This document shows positions 53,859 to 64,000 of a stretch of 64,000 nucleotides of DNA, piece by piece (position 1 is the stretch's first letter; each line of letters starts with the position of its first letter). The DNA lies in NCBI GenBank assembly GCA_963793305.1, contig CAWBZV010000003.1:480001-544000 (forward strand). Reading direction: 5' to 3'. The position numbers and the translations under genes are program-made. Under the pieces are notes generated by a model. That model was not told where the DNA came from, made no database searches, and worked only from the letters and a program-made list of their open reading frames with translations. The stretch comes from an uncultured Gemmatimonadales bacterium (GTDB lineage Bacteria > Gemmatimonadota > Gemmatimonadetes > Gemmatimonadales > Gemmatimonadaceae).

Positions 53859-55082
53859 GTGCCGGTCCTGCGGAACATTGGCGTCCTGGCCACCTGTCGC
53901 GGCGAGGGCGGGCAGGGCGAAGTGAACGAAGTGGCGCGCGCCGCACTCGCATGGACCGACGACACCATACAGTGGGTCGGTCCGGAACACGCGCTGCCCG
54001 CGGAGTATCGGGGTTGGGACGCGATGGACGCGGGGGGTCGCCTCGTGATTCCCGGCCTCGTGGACTGTCACACGCATCTGGCGTTCGGTGGATGGCGGGC
54101 AGACGAGTTCACTCAGCGGCTGACGGGTCGGAGCTACCAGGAGATCGCGGCCGCCGGTGGTGGCATCCTTGCCACGGTTCGAGCCACGCATGCCGCGAGC
54201 GAGGCGGAGTTGATCGCGCGCGCCGCGGGGTTCCTCGATTGCATGGTCGCGTTGGGTGTCACGACCGTCGAGTGTAAGAGTGGCTACGGCCTCAGTCTCG
54301 ACGAGGAGCTCAAGTTGCTGCGCATCTACAAGGCGCTGCAAGAACGACACGCGATACGGGTCGTGCCGACCCTCCTGGCCGCGCACGCGCTGCCGCCGGA
54401 GTATTGCGATGACCGTTCGTCGTATATCCACCTTGTTGTCGACGAGCTGATTCCCGCGGTAGTGACCGCGGGGTTGGCGGAAGCGTGCGATGTGTTCGTC
54501 GAGAACGGGGCGTTCACGGTCGACGAAGGGCGCCGGGTGTTGCTCGCCGGGCGTGCGGTCCGTCTTGCCGCGCACGTTCACGCCGACCAGCTCAGTGCGT
54601 CCGGCGGCGCGCTCCTGGCCGCGGAAGTTGGCGCGTTGTCGGCGGATCATCTCGAGCACGTGACGCCGGCGGGCATTCGCGCATTGGCGGACGCGAGCGT
54701 CGTTGCCGTGAGCTTACCATTGGCGACGTTGTACCTCGGCCAACGGCCAATGCCGGCTCGTGACCTCATGAGCTCCGGCGTTCACGTGGCCGTGGCGACA
54801 GACTTCAACCCTGGCTCGGCGCCGAGTTATGACTTGCCACTGGCCATGATGCTGGCATGTACGCTGCAGCGGATGACGCCTGCTGAGGTGCTGAAGGGTG
54901 CAACTTTGTACGCGGCGCAGGCAGTCGGACGGATGCGCGATGTCGGATCTCTGGAAGTGGGTAAGAAGGCTGACTTTGCGGTGATCGACGCGTCGGATCC
55001 TACACAGTGGCTCTACCATTTTCGGCCCAACGCGTGCGTCATGACCGTGATCGGTGGACGTGTCGTGCGGGTCAATGCGTGA
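53859..55082 (+). CDS. hutI: Imidazolonepropionase
   Basis: PGLVDCHTH, ECKSGYGL, SADHL, ATDFNPGS. Confidence 0.95.
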   Translation: MPVLRNIGVLATCRGEGGQGEVNEVARAALAWTDDTIQWVGPEHALPAEYRGWDAMDAGGRLVIPGLVDCHTHLAFGGWRADEFTQRLTGRSYQEIAAAGGGILATVRATHAASEAELIARAAGFLDCMVALGVTTVECKSGYGLSLDEELKLLRIYKALQERHAIRVVPTLLAAHALPPEYCDDRSSYIHLVVDELIPAVVTAGLAEACDVFVENGAFTVDEGRRVLLAGRAVRLAAHVHADQLSASGGALLAAEVGALSADHLEHVTPAGIRALADASVVAVSLPLATLYLGQRPMPARDLMSSGVHVAVATDFNPGSAPSYDLPLAMMLACTLQRMTPAEVLKGATLYAAQAVGRMRDVGSLEVGKKADFAVIDASDPTQWLYHFRPNACVMTVIGGRVVRVNA

Positions 55083-55999
55083 TTAAGATGTCCGAGCGGC
55101 TCCGCGCGGTGATCGGGACAGCTGTCCGTGCGGGAGCGGCGCCACGCGCGGTTATCGTGGGGTTCCCGTGTGACGAGGGTGTGCGACGGAATGGTGGTCG
55201 AGTGGGCGCGGCGCGTGCACCGGGCGCGATCCGGGAGGCGCTCTACCGCATGCTGCCCGACCCGCGATCGGGCGACGCGCACGTCGATCTCCTCGCGCAC
55301 ACGCTCGATTTGGGAGACGTGCCATTGTCCGGGGACCTGGAGGCTGACCAGGTGTGTCTCGGCGCGATGCTCGCGCCGTATATCGAACACGACGTGCTCC
55401 CCATCGTGCTCGGTGGTGGTCACGAGACAGCGTATGGGCACTTCCTCGCGTATGCCGCCGTTGGACGCGCGGTGACGCTCCTCAATTGGGACGCGCACAC
55501 CGACGTGCGGGAGTTGCGGGACGGTGAGGGACACTCGGGTTCGCCGTTTCGCCAGGCGCTAAGTCATGGGAGCGGCGTGGCTCGCGGATACACAGCGGCC
55601 GGTCTGCAAGCGCATCAAGTGTCGCAAGGGGCACTCGAGTTCATCTCTACTCATGATGGCGACTGGGTCTGGCGTGAAGACGTAAGTCCTGCCACAGTCG
55701 ACGGTGTGTACGCGGCCCTTACGTCACCGGCGTTGGTGAGCTTTGACATGGATGTGGTCGACCAGTCGCAGGCCCCTGGTGTGAGCGCGCCGGCGGTCGG
55801 GGGAATCTCCGCCGAGCTCTGGCTGCGCGCCGCCGATCAGGCGGGACGCTGCCCAGCCGTTCGTTCGGTCGATATTGTGGAAGTCAATCCCGCGTTCGAT
55901 CTCGATGGTCGCACGGCGCGCCTGGCCGCACTGGCGGTGTGGGCGATCCTTCGTGGTCGTGCGCTTTCCGGAGGAGTCGATGGTTCAGCCGCTCGGTAA
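55079..55999 (+). CDS. hutG: Formimidoylglutamase (arginase family)
   Basis: DEGVRRNGGRVGA, GGGHETAY, DAHTD, APGVSAP. Confidence 0.9.
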   Translation: MIKMSERLRAVIGTAVRAGAAPRAVIVGFPCDEGVRRNGGRVGAARAPGAIREALYRMLPDPRSGDAHVDLLAHTLDLGDVPLSGDLEADQVCLGAMLAPYIEHDVLPIVLGGGHETAYGHFLAYAAVGRAVTLLNWDAHTDVRELRDGEGHSGSPFRQALSHGSGVARGYTAAGLQAHQVSQGALEFISTHDGDWVWREDVSPATVDGVYAALTSPALVSFDMDVVDQSQAPGVSAPAVGGISAELWLRAADQAGRCPAVRSVDIVEVNPAFDLDGRTARLAALAVWAILRGRALSGGVDGSAAR

Positions 56000-56249
56000 C
56001 AAGCGCCAACTCATTCATCGCGTGGCCGGTATCGAGGGGCACGTGGGGTCGCTCAAAAAGATGATGCTGGAGGATCGCGACAGTCTTGAAGTGCTGGAGC
56101 AAATCGCGGCCATCCGTGGCGCGATCGAACGACTGTCGCACGTCATCTTCGAGGAGTACGTGGAAGGCGTCTTGCAGGACCTGCAGTCGACCAGCGAACG
56201 ACCCGCAGCGGTCGCAGAGATTCGGGCGGCGATCGAGACGCTGCGCTAG
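55980..56249 (+). CDS. CsoR/RcnR-family transcriptional repressor
   Basis: RVAGIEGHVGSLKKM...VLEQIAAIRGA; GGAGG RBS. Confidence 0.75.
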   Translation: MVQPLGNKRQLIHRVAGIEGHVGSLKKMMLEDRDSLEVLEQIAAIRGAIERLSHVIFEEYVEGVLQDLQSTSERPAAVAEIRAAIETLR

Positions 56250-56259
56250 AACTTTCGGG

Positions 56260-56671
56260 TCAACTGAGTACCACGTCGTGAGTGATCGCCATATCACCCG
56301 CCAGCGAATGCACGACCGAACAGTACTTGTCGAGTGCGAGCTCGACGGCACGGCGCACCTTTGCCTCATCCAGGCCCTCGCCGTGCACGGCGTAGATCAG
56401 AATGCAATGCGACGAGGCGACGTGGCTCGGCCTCACGCCGGGTGCCTGAGGCGTAGACCGTCAGGGACTTGAGCCCCATGCGCATCTTTTCGATCATCGA
56501 GACGACATCGGACGCCGAACACGCCGCCGCGGCGAGGAGCAGGGTGGGTAATGGCCCTGGTGCGGCGACGTTGTTCGCATCGATCATCACCGTGCCGGTA
56601 CCGGGCGCGGTTCCCTCGAAGCGGAGGTCGCCGACCCAACGCAAGGTTGCCTGCTTGATTTCTTGTGTCAT
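56260..56671 (-). CDS. OsmC-family protein (frameshift at about 56400)
   Basis: AAAACSASDV...KYCSVVHSL. Confidence 0.8.
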
Positions 56672-58245
56672 ACCATGCGCCGCACCCGGCGGACGAGGAG
56701 GTAGGCACCGGTCACGGCGGACGTGGCGCCGCCGAGGAGCAGCGGCAGCACGACGGCGTACCAGAGGAGCCGTCTGGTGTTGAGGGCCGGATAGTCGAAG
56801 CTGTGGATGGCGTCCCGTGCCCAGCGCCACACCCGGATCGCGTGATCGGTGAAACCGACGGGTGTGCCGTTCACGGCGTCGAGGTACACCACCGAGCCGA
56901 CGGCGTCCGCGAACGTCACGCGCCATGCGGGCAGATGGCGCTCGCGGCCCGGCCGCGCGTAGTAGTACGAGTCGTAGCGTGTGAGGAAGTCCGCACGTGC
57001 GATCGGGGCGGACCCACCCATCACACGCGACGCGATCCGGTCGGCGTCGTCGGCCGCCAGTACGCTTCTCGAGTGTCCGGTCGTGGCGTCCACCCAAAAT
57101 TCCCAGCCATCGGCGAGATGGATGTCGTAGCCGGGCTGATCATCGAGTTGCACCAGATCGATGGCGACCGGTCGCGAGCGATCGCTTAACTGGGCCAGCG
57201 CACCAGCTTCGGTGATGCGGATCTGGTCCCAGTGGACGCGGTCCCCGCGCGCCCGGGCCACTTGGGTGCCGGTCGGGAAACTCGAGGGACCGAGGTTCTC
57301 GAGAATCCCGGTGAATGTCCAGGTGAGGACCAGCAGTCCGAAAATGACGCCAGCGAGATGGTGCCACTTCGAAACGCCCCGGTAGGCAGTCGGACGCCAG
57401 CGTCCGCGCTTCCGATTGGGAAATAGCTGCACCAACCCCAACGTGATGCCGGTGAGTGCGATTAACACCGCGATCGCAGGCAGGACGACGCTCAGCTGTT
57501 GCCAGAGGGCCTCGCGGTCTTGCAAGAGCCACTGGAAGTACATCCAGTGCGGTACCGTACCCAGCCAGGTGGTGAGTCGTGTCGTCGAGGTCGCGCGACC
57601 AAATGCGGTGCCGCCTCGCTGCTCGACGTAGACGGCCGTCGCGCTGGGGTTGGCGAAGCGGACCCGATAGGCGGGATATTCGTGCGCGTAGTCCCTGTTC
57701 ATTAGATAGTGATCACCGCGCGCGAGCAGATCGACTCCTTTGACCCGGGCACCCGCCTCGACGCGCTCGGCCGCAATCGCCGATGCGGCTGCGGGGTCAA
57801 TCGGCGACAGCACCGATCCCGTCCTCGCGTCCACGAGCGCGAGCGCCACGGGGTGGTAGGCGAGCTCACCCCAGATCTGGTACGCCGGGCGGTCATGCCA
57901 CCAGAAGAGCCGGCCGCCGATCGGCGTGCGATCGGTGACCTTCGCCGGAAAGGTCAGCGAGGGAATGCGACCCTGCGCCGCGCGAGTCGCCGCGGCGAAG
58001 CCGACGAGAGAGTCCGTTGGATCGAACGGCGTGAGTTGACTGAGCAGCTGCGAGTCGGTGTAGGCCGGCCAATCGTAGAACGCCATGGCGATGCCGCTCG
58101 TGAACCAGACGAACACCAGCGTACCGAGCACGATCCCGATCCAGCGGTGTGTGAGGTACAGCAGGCGCTTCCAGCCTAGCGCGGCCGGCGCCCGTTGCGG
58201 GATGTGGCCAGCCACGCTGGCGATCTGAACTGCCATCTCCGTCAC
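56668..58245 (-). CDS. PepSY-associated TM protein
   Basis: THRWIG..WFTSG, WHHLAG..TWTFTG. Confidence 0.85.
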   Translation of the reverse strand: MTEMAVQIASVAGHIPQRAPAALGWKRLLYLTHRWIGIVLGTLVFVWFTSGIAMAFYDWPAYTDSQLLSQLTPFDPTDSLVGFAAATRAAQGRIPSLTFPAKVTDRTPIGGRLFWWHDRPAYQIWGELAYHPVALALVDARTGSVLSPIDPAAASAIAAERVEAGARVKGVDLLARGDHYLMNRDYAHEYPAYRVRFANPSATAVYVEQRGGTAFGRATSTTRLTTWLGTVPHWMYFQWLLQDREALWQQLSVVLPAIAVLIALTGITLGLVQLFPNRKRGRWRPTAYRGVSKWHHLAGVIFGLLVLTWTFTGILENLGPSSFPTGTQVARARGDRVHWDQIRITEAGALAQLSDRSRPVAIDLVQLDDQPGYDIHLADGWEFWVDATTGHSRSVLAADDADRIASRVMGGSAPIARADFLTRYDSYYYARPGRERHLPAWRVTFADAVGSVVYLDAVNGTPVGFTDHAIRVWRWARDAIHSFDYPALNTRRLLWYAVVLPLLLGGATSAVTGAYLLVRRVRRMV

Positions 58246-58256
58246 CGCCGCCTGTG

Positions 58257-60980
58257 CTAAAACTTTGCCCCGAGCTGAAAGATCACACGCCGCGGCGCTC
58301 CTGCGAACGCAAACTGTGCGGTGCTGAGATCTCCATCCGTCAGGTACTTCTCGTCGAAGATGTTGCTTACTACGACCGCCGCCGTGTATCGGCGGAACTG
58401 CCAGCTCAGGCGGGTGTTGGTCACGAAGTACGACGGCATGAGGAACGTGTTGGCGTAGTCGAGGTAGGCTGAGCCAGAGAAGTGGCCGTCGACGTACAAC
58501 CCGAAGCCGGCGGGTCCGTTCAGGTCCGCGCCGATATCGTAGTTGTCCTTCGGTGCGAGGGCGACGCGATGGCCGGTGAAGTCGTAATCGGTGCCATTCG
58601 AATTGAACCGATAGGAGCCGAAGTGCGCGCCGTAGTATGCGTACTTGGCGAACAGCAGGACATCCGACGTGATCTGGCTGTTCACGCCCGCCTCGATGCC
58701 GGGAAATTTCTCTACCCCGCCGTTCGAGGTCGCAAACGTGTTCCCGCTCGTGCGGACCTGGAGCTCGATCCCGTCACGCTGCAGCCAGAACGCCGATGCG
58801 TCGAAACCGAGGAGCCCTCGCAGGAGGCTGCCCTTGAAGCCGCCTTCGTAGTTGGTGATCGTCTCGGGCGTCGGCGAAGTCGGGGCGAGAGACTGTGGGT
58901 CAACCGATGAGGGTGGAGGCAGGAAGCCTTCCGCGTACTGCACGTACACGCTCAGCTGGTCGTCACTCGACGATGCTCCGTTCAGTACCCGATAACTCAA
59001 CCCGACTTTGGGAGTGAACTTCCGATATGTGCCGTTCTGGGGCGCTTGGGTCCCGCCGAGGATCGAGTGTGACGAGATCTCGTTCAGGTCGTACCGTCCG
59101 CCGAGCGAGAGGCGCAACCGGTCGAAGAACGCGAGCTCGTCCTGCAGGTAAGCCGAATAGAACGTGGTGTAGTACGTACTGCCGCCGATGTCGACGGCCC
59201 GGAGATCATAGAGGCCCGGGTACTGCGGGTGCCGATAGTCGACGTACACGCCATCTTGGATCGAGTCAGCCGTGGTCGGCCCATACGGCAGGAGAGAATT
59301 GCGGTTGCCCGTGTTGCGCTCGAAGCTCACGCCGGTGATGAGCCGGTTCCGGAACTCCTTGGGGCCGAACCGCCCTTCGAGCTGCAGGTCATTGAAGTAG
59401 GCGTCCTCCTCGCGATGTGAGGTGAACGGAAAGAGGAGCACATCAAACGAGCCGGGCGATGGCGGCGAGAGCACGTCACCGTCGTTGAGAAAGTCGTAGC
59501 GGCTGTGTCGATAGCCGAATGTATTCGTGAGCCCGAACCCCTCGGTGAGCGCCCGCTTGACTCGCAGCGTCGTGCGCACGTCTTCTTGATTGTACTGCGC
59601 CTCGGGCAGGTTCAGGTTGGTGTAGAAGAGCGCGGGGTCGATGTTGGATAGCAGCTGTCCATTCTGAATCGGGATCGGCGCTGGTGTGCCGCCATAGTTC
59701 GTGACGTAGTTCGCCGTCACCATGATGTTCGTCTTGTCATCAGGTTTCGATACGAACTTCCCGAACAGCGCTTCGGACTGCCGCTGAATCGAGGGAAACG
59801 CGAACCCGTCATGACGGTCGCCCTGCCAGGATACGACGTATCCATTCTGGCTGCCGAGTGGACCGGTTGCCGTCGCCGAGCCACGGACATAACCGAGATC
59901 ACCGAACTCGGCGTTCGCGGCGAACTCGGGTTGCGATGTAGGCTGCGGTGTCAGGATGTTGATCGTGCCGCCGATCGCCGTTCGTCCGTACAGGGCAGAG
60001 CTCGGCCCCCGGACGACTTCGACCTGGTCGATCATGTTCACCGGAATGTTATTGATCTGGGCGCTGTTTCGGGCGTCGGTCTGCGGCACTCCATCGATAA
60101 GAATGAGCACGGTCTCGTTCTCATTGCCCAATCGTGGGAGCCCGCGGAGTTGAATCGATTGGAAATTCTCACCGAACTGTGCCGCCGTCACGCCGGTCGT
60201 CGTTTGTACGACCTGCATTAACGTCTGCGCGCCACTCTGCTGGATGATCATCGCCGGCACGACTTCGACTGGAGCCGGCACGTCGCGCACTTGGGTCGGC
60301 GCTTTCGATGCGGTCACGACGACTTGGGTCAATGCGCTGGGGACGGCAGTGAGTTTAAAGTCCAGCGTCGCTTGCTGATCAGCGATGACCGTAACGGACA
60401 GCGTCAACGCCTGGAACCCGATCCGCTGCACGGTGACACGGTAGGCTCCAGTCGGAAGACCGACGACATGATAGCTGCCATCCGCGCCGGTGACGGCGTG
60501 TGCCGATGTCTCGAGGACCTGCACCGTCGCATCGCTGATTGGTTCATTCGTCTGGGCATCGCTGACACGGCCAGCGAGCATACCGGTCGGCTGAGGTGCG
60601 GGGGGATCCTCTGGTGGGTCGCGGCGAAGCACCACGATATCGCCGGTAGGGTTCGCCACCGCACGAAGAGGGCTGTCTTTCAACACGGCGAGCAGCGCCG
60701 TCGCCAATGTGACGCGACCAAGATGCGCCGTCACGTGCTGGGAAAGGCCTTGCAAATCAGTGGCGAACGTAATGCTGACGTGGCCTAACCGGGCGATGCT
60801 CTGGAGTGCGCTCGTGCGCGGCTGATCGGCGAGATCGACCGTTACCATGCGCTGCAGAGCAGGGACTTCGGAGACGTCGCGCTGGGCCGACGCCAGCATG
60901 GGCGTCGGCGTTGCCGACGCGGGCGGTTGAGCCGCCACGCGCAGCACGAACATCGCAACCGCAGCAATCGCAAAACGCAT
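58257..60980 (-). CDS. TonB-dependent receptor with signalling and carboxypeptidase-regulatory-like domains
   Basis: VVVTAS, IDQVEVVRGPSSALYG, NIFDEKY, terminal Phe. Confidence 0.92.
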   Translation of the reverse strand: MRFAIAAVAMFVLRVAAQPPASATPTPMLASAQRDVSEVPALQRMVTVDLADQPRTSALQSIARLGHVSITFATDLQGLSQHVTAHLGRVTLATALLAVLKDSPLRAVANPTGDIVVLRRDPPEDPPAPQPTGMLAGRVSDAQTNEPISDATVQVLETSAHAVTGADGSYHVVGLPTGAYRVTVQRIGFQALTLSVTVIADQQATLDFKLTAVPSALTQVVVTASKAPTQVRDVPAPVEVVPAMIIQQSGAQTLMQVVQTTTGVTAAQFGENFQSIQLRGLPRLGNENETVLILIDGVPQTDARNSAQINNIPVNMIDQVEVVRGPSSALYGRTAIGGTINILTPQPTSQPEFAANAEFGDLGYVRGSATATGPLGSQNGYVVSWQGDRHDGFAFPSIQRQSEALFGKFVSKPDDKTNIMVTANYVTNYGGTPAPIPIQNGQLLSNIDPALFYTNLNLPEAQYNQEDVRTTLRVKRALTEGFGLTNTFGYRHSRYDFLNDGDVLSPPSPGSFDVLLFPFTSHREEDAYFNDLQLEGRFGPKEFRNRLITGVSFERNTGNRNSLLPYGPTTADSIQDGVYVDYRHPQYPGLYDLRAVDIGGSTYYTTFYSAYLQDELAFFDRLRLSLGGRYDLNEISSHSILGGTQAPQNGTYRKFTPKVGLSYRVLNGASSSDDQLSVYVQYAEGFLPPPSSVDPQSLAPTSPTPETITNYEGGFKGSLLRGLLGFDASAFWLQRDGIELQVRTSGNTFATSNGGVEKFPGIEAGVNSQITSDVLLFAKYAYYGAHFGSYRFNSNGTDYDFTGHRVALAPKDNYDIGADLNGPAGFGLYVDGHFSGSAYLDYANTFLMPSYFVTNTRLSWQFRRYTAAVVVSNIFDEKYLTDGDLSTAQFAFAGAPRRVIFQLGAKF

Positions 60981-62010
60981 CTACGACTTCCTCGGCGAGA
61001 GCAGGATGATCTGGCCTTCGCGGGTATAGCCGGCGTGTAACGCGACCGTGAGCGACCTCAGGACACGCGTCAGGTCCGGGTCGGGGAAGACGATGGTGAC
61101 GTGCCGCGCCGCAAGCGTCGAGTCGGTGATCTGAATATCAACGTCGTACCAGCGTCCGAGGTCTGCGGCGACTGACCGCAGCGGCACATCGTCGAAACTC
61201 AACTCGCCCCGCGTCCACGACAGATAGCGCGTGACGTTGACGCCGCGCAGCACGGCGATATCGCCTGCCGGGGTGCGCTGCGCGAGATCGCCGGGGTGGA
61301 GCGCGACTCGCGAGTCGCCGAATGCGACCTCGCCGCTCGCGACCACGACCTGCGTGCGATCATCATCCGCGTACGAGCGTAGCGTGAATGCGGTGCCAAC
61401 GTCTCGCACCACCGCACCCCCAGCCACGGCAGCGAAAGGCCGCGCGGGGTCGTGCCGGACGTTCGAAGTATGCCTCACCGTCGAGAGAGACGTCTCGGCG
61501 CCCCTCGCCATAGCCCGCTGCCACGTGCAGCACGCTGCCTGGCCCCAACATCACATGCGTGCCATCGGCGAGCGTGATGTCCGTGCGATGACCGCGTGGA
61601 CTCGTGAACGTGCGCGCTTGCGCTACCTCGCGCGCGCGGCCCGGGCGGTCGTTGATCGAGCGCGCGAGTACCACGGCGCTCGCCGCGAGAACGACCGCGG
61701 CCGCGAGTCCCCAGCGGAGGTACGTCGGGCGCACGGTCGAGAACCGCTCAACCGCCCCTGACGATCTGACAACGCGCAACGCAGGGCCTCGACGAATCCC
61801 CGGCGCGATGTGTTTCCAGGCGGCACCGGAGTCGAAGCGCCGCTCAGTCTGTCCCGCTTCGCTCCACGTTGCCTCGAGCTCTGCAAGGAGCTTCTCATTT
61901 TGCGGATCCGATGCAGTCCAACGACGGACCGCCTCGATCTCGACTTCACTGCACTGGCCAGCGAGAAATCGCTCTAACAGGCCCCAATCGGGGTCATGAT
62001 CGCTTGTCAT
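60981..62010 (-). CDS. FecR-family anti-sigma factor (frameshift at about 61470)
   Basis: LADGTHVMLGPGS, LDGEAYF, DVGTAF, LGRWYDV. Confidence 0.85.
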
Positions 62011-62124
62011 GTGAACACACAACGACCGAGCGATTCCAAACCCTTCATGACCGTTGCCGTATTGTGACTTGCCAGACACGGCATTATCGTGCGATTGCCG
62101 AAGTGCAATCCAGCCTGACCCTTC

Positions 62125-62731
62125 ATGACTTTTTCTGCGCGCCACGATCCGATCGTTCCACCGCATGTCGAGCATAAGGCGGCGCATCGGGATGCCGAGT
62201 TGCTGGCGCGCGCACGAACGGGCGACTCGGCGGCTTTCGAGGCGCTCTTTCACGCCTACTACGACCCACTGTGCCGGCTCGTCGATCGCTATGTGCGTTC
62301 GGCGGAGACGGCTGAAGAGGTCGTACAGAGCCTATTTCTCAGGCTGTGGGAGCAGCGTGAGACGTGGATGGTGCGAGACACGGTGCGCGTCTATTTGTAC
62401 TCCGCGGCCCGCCGGCGGGCACTGGATCATCTCAAGCACGAGCGCGTCACCCGCCGGTTCCGGGAGGCCGCCATTGCCGATCCGAGTCTCGTGGGCAACG
62501 ATGCCTCCGCTCCGTCCGTCGTGGAAAGGCTCGAGACGGCGGATCGCGTCAAACGCGTCCGCGACGCGATCGATGGGCTACCGGATCGCTATCGGGCGGT
62601 GCTCGTGCTTCGCACCGAACATCATCTCGACGGTTCCCGATATTGCGCGGATTCTCGGCATTCCGATCAAGACGGCCGAGACGCGCGCGGCACGCGCGCT
62701 CAAGTTGTTGCGTGCCGCGCTGTCGCGATGA
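62125..62731 (+). CDS. ECF sigma-70 factor (frameshift at about 62630)
   Basis: AFEALFHAYY, AEEVVQSLFLRLW, IARILGIPIKT. Confidence 0.88.
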
Positions 62732-64000
62732 TCAAAAGGCCGCTCTGAGCTCGACCAGGACGCGACGCGGGGCGCCGGGGAACACGTACAGTGGTGCGGT
62801 GATCTCGCCATCGTAGAAGTTGAGCCGATTGAGAATGTTCTCGACGGCGACCGCGAGGGTGTATTGGTGCCAGCGGTAGCTCATGCGGCCATTCAGCGTA
62901 AAGCTGGGTGGTATCAAGTACACGTTCTCCGGGTCGAGGGCTTTGTTCCCCTCGTACAGGCCGGACATGACGACACCGAACGGTCCGTATCCGTAGTTCC
63001 CGGAGACGTTGATCATGTCATGTGGGGAGAGGTTCACGCGCAGGCCCCGAAGACTGACCAACGTGTCGTTTTGCTGGAAGTTGAACCGTCCGTACACCCC
63101 GTTGTAGTAGGCGTAGAACGCGTGCAACGCGAACTGCGTCACCGGTTGGAAGTCGACTTCCGTCTCCACGCCCGTGAACTTCTCTTGGCCGCCTGGGGAC
63201 GTCACGAACGTATTCGGGTGCGGGCCCGGCAGCAGGATCTCGATGCCGTCGCGCAGCATGCTGAACGCGGAGACGTTGAACGCGACCATATCGTTCAGCA
63301 CACTACCCTTCATGCCGCCTTCGTAGTTCGTGATGTTCTCGGGAGCGATCGGGTTGTTGGGGTTGACGGCGACGGTGACCGTCGTCGGTTCCGAGCCCGG
63401 GCGGAACGCCGTCGCGTATTGTGCGTAAACGCTCAGTTGTGGAGCCTGAGGATCCGCCGCATCGAGCACGCGGAGGGTTGCACCGGCCTTCGGGCTGAAC
63501 TTGTGCCCGCTGACGGCGATAGGGCTGGGCGGCGAGCCTGGGATCAGGAACGTCGCATCAATGGCATCGTGGTCGTATCGCAGGCCAGCGTTCAGTCGGA
63601 GGCGACCGAAGATCGTAATCTCGTCCTGGATGTACGCACTCAAGAATGTGCCTTGATAATCGACCGAGCCGTTGTCGATCTCGAGCAGCTGGGTTGCGTT
63701 GGGAAATACGGGGTTGTGGTAGTCGATCGGCACACCCTGCGACACGGGATCCGAGTACACGGTCTGCGTGCCCTCGGTGCCGGTGTTGCGGTCCAGCGTT
63801 CCGCCGAACAGGATCCGGTTCTGGAACGCAGACGGGCCGAAGTGAACTTCCGCGCGCATGTCGTCGTACCAGGCGTCTTCCTGACGTAGTCGCGAAAACG
63901 GATACAGCGTGACGGTATCGCCGCCCGGTGCTGATGGTCCTACCAGATAGTCGCCGTCGTCCTGGAAGTTGTACAGCGAGTGCCGGAAGCCAAAGACGTT
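62732..64000 (-). CDS. TonB-dependent receptor, 3' part (paralog of 58257-60980)
   Basis: AYIQDEI, FSPKAG, PENITNYEGG, GAPRRV..F. Confidence 0.9.
   Translation of the reverse strand, partial: NVFGFRHSLYNFQDDGDYLVGPSAPGGDTVTLYPFSRLRQEDAWYDDMRAEVHFGPSAFQNRILFGGTLDRNTGTEGTQTVYSDPVSQGVPIDYHNPVFPNATQLLEIDNGSVDYQGTFLSAYIQDEITIFGRLRLNAGLRYDHDAIDATFLIPGSPPSPIAVSGHKFSPKAGATLRVLDAADPQAPQLSVYAQYATAFRPGSEPTTVTVAVNPNNPIAPENITNYEGGMKGSVLNDMVAFNVSAFSMLRDGIEILLPGPHPNTFVTSPGGQEKFTGVETEVDFQPVTQFALHAFYAYYNGVYGRFNFQQNDTLVSLRGLRVNLSPHDMINVSGNYGYGPFGVVMSGLYEGNKALDPENVYLIPPSFTLNGRMSYRWHQYTLAVAVENILNRLNFYDGEITAPLYVFPGAPRRVLVELRAAF

Noticed and set aside
52049..54659. Long antisense ORFs over hutU and hutI (and similar ones elsewhere)
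   Set aside because: Shadow ORFs typical of high-GC DNA, with no recognisable motifs.

Overview
GC-rich bacterial window. The gene content (Ser/Thr kinases with 'ELxGGGMSRLFLA' N-termini, a SusC/SusD pair, Tat-exported TldD, ECF/FecR/TonB modules) suggests Gemmatimonadota; this is inference. The centre (about 13.6-41.8 kb) is a large and unusual lasso-peptide RiPP locus. It has split B1 (RRE), B2 (leader peptidase) and C (lasso cyclase) genes. It has five short precursor genes, none correctly delimited by the ORF track: one embedded among tailoring genes at 26694 and four in tandem at 32489-33169. All five share a YxxPxxxxxGxxxxxTx leader, an invariant N-x-x-E motif and an invariant G(S/P)TSIx(L/M)LDL tail. 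The locus also carries eight paralogous TPR/GT9-like glycosyltransferase genes (a ninth lies in a satellite module at 2-3 kb), extra stand-alone RREs, an ABC exporter, TldD/TldE and a Cys-cluster protein. A convergent ECF-FecR-SusC-SusD-S9 (isopeptidase-like) uptake operon abuts the precursor array. Three precursors place the acceptor Glu at core position 10, outside the canonical 7-9. The left flank holds AraC-like regulators, GH38/sugar ABC genes, BlaI/M56, ROK and an APC permease. The right flank holds a TPR protein with a tiny lipopeptide gene, a response regulator, kinases, tRNA-Phe, an AAA ATPase, hutHUIG, CsoR, OsmC and a second TonB/FecR/ECF module. Roughly 19 apparent frameshifts, mostly single-base, are spread across unrelated genes and suggest uncorrected long-read indels.
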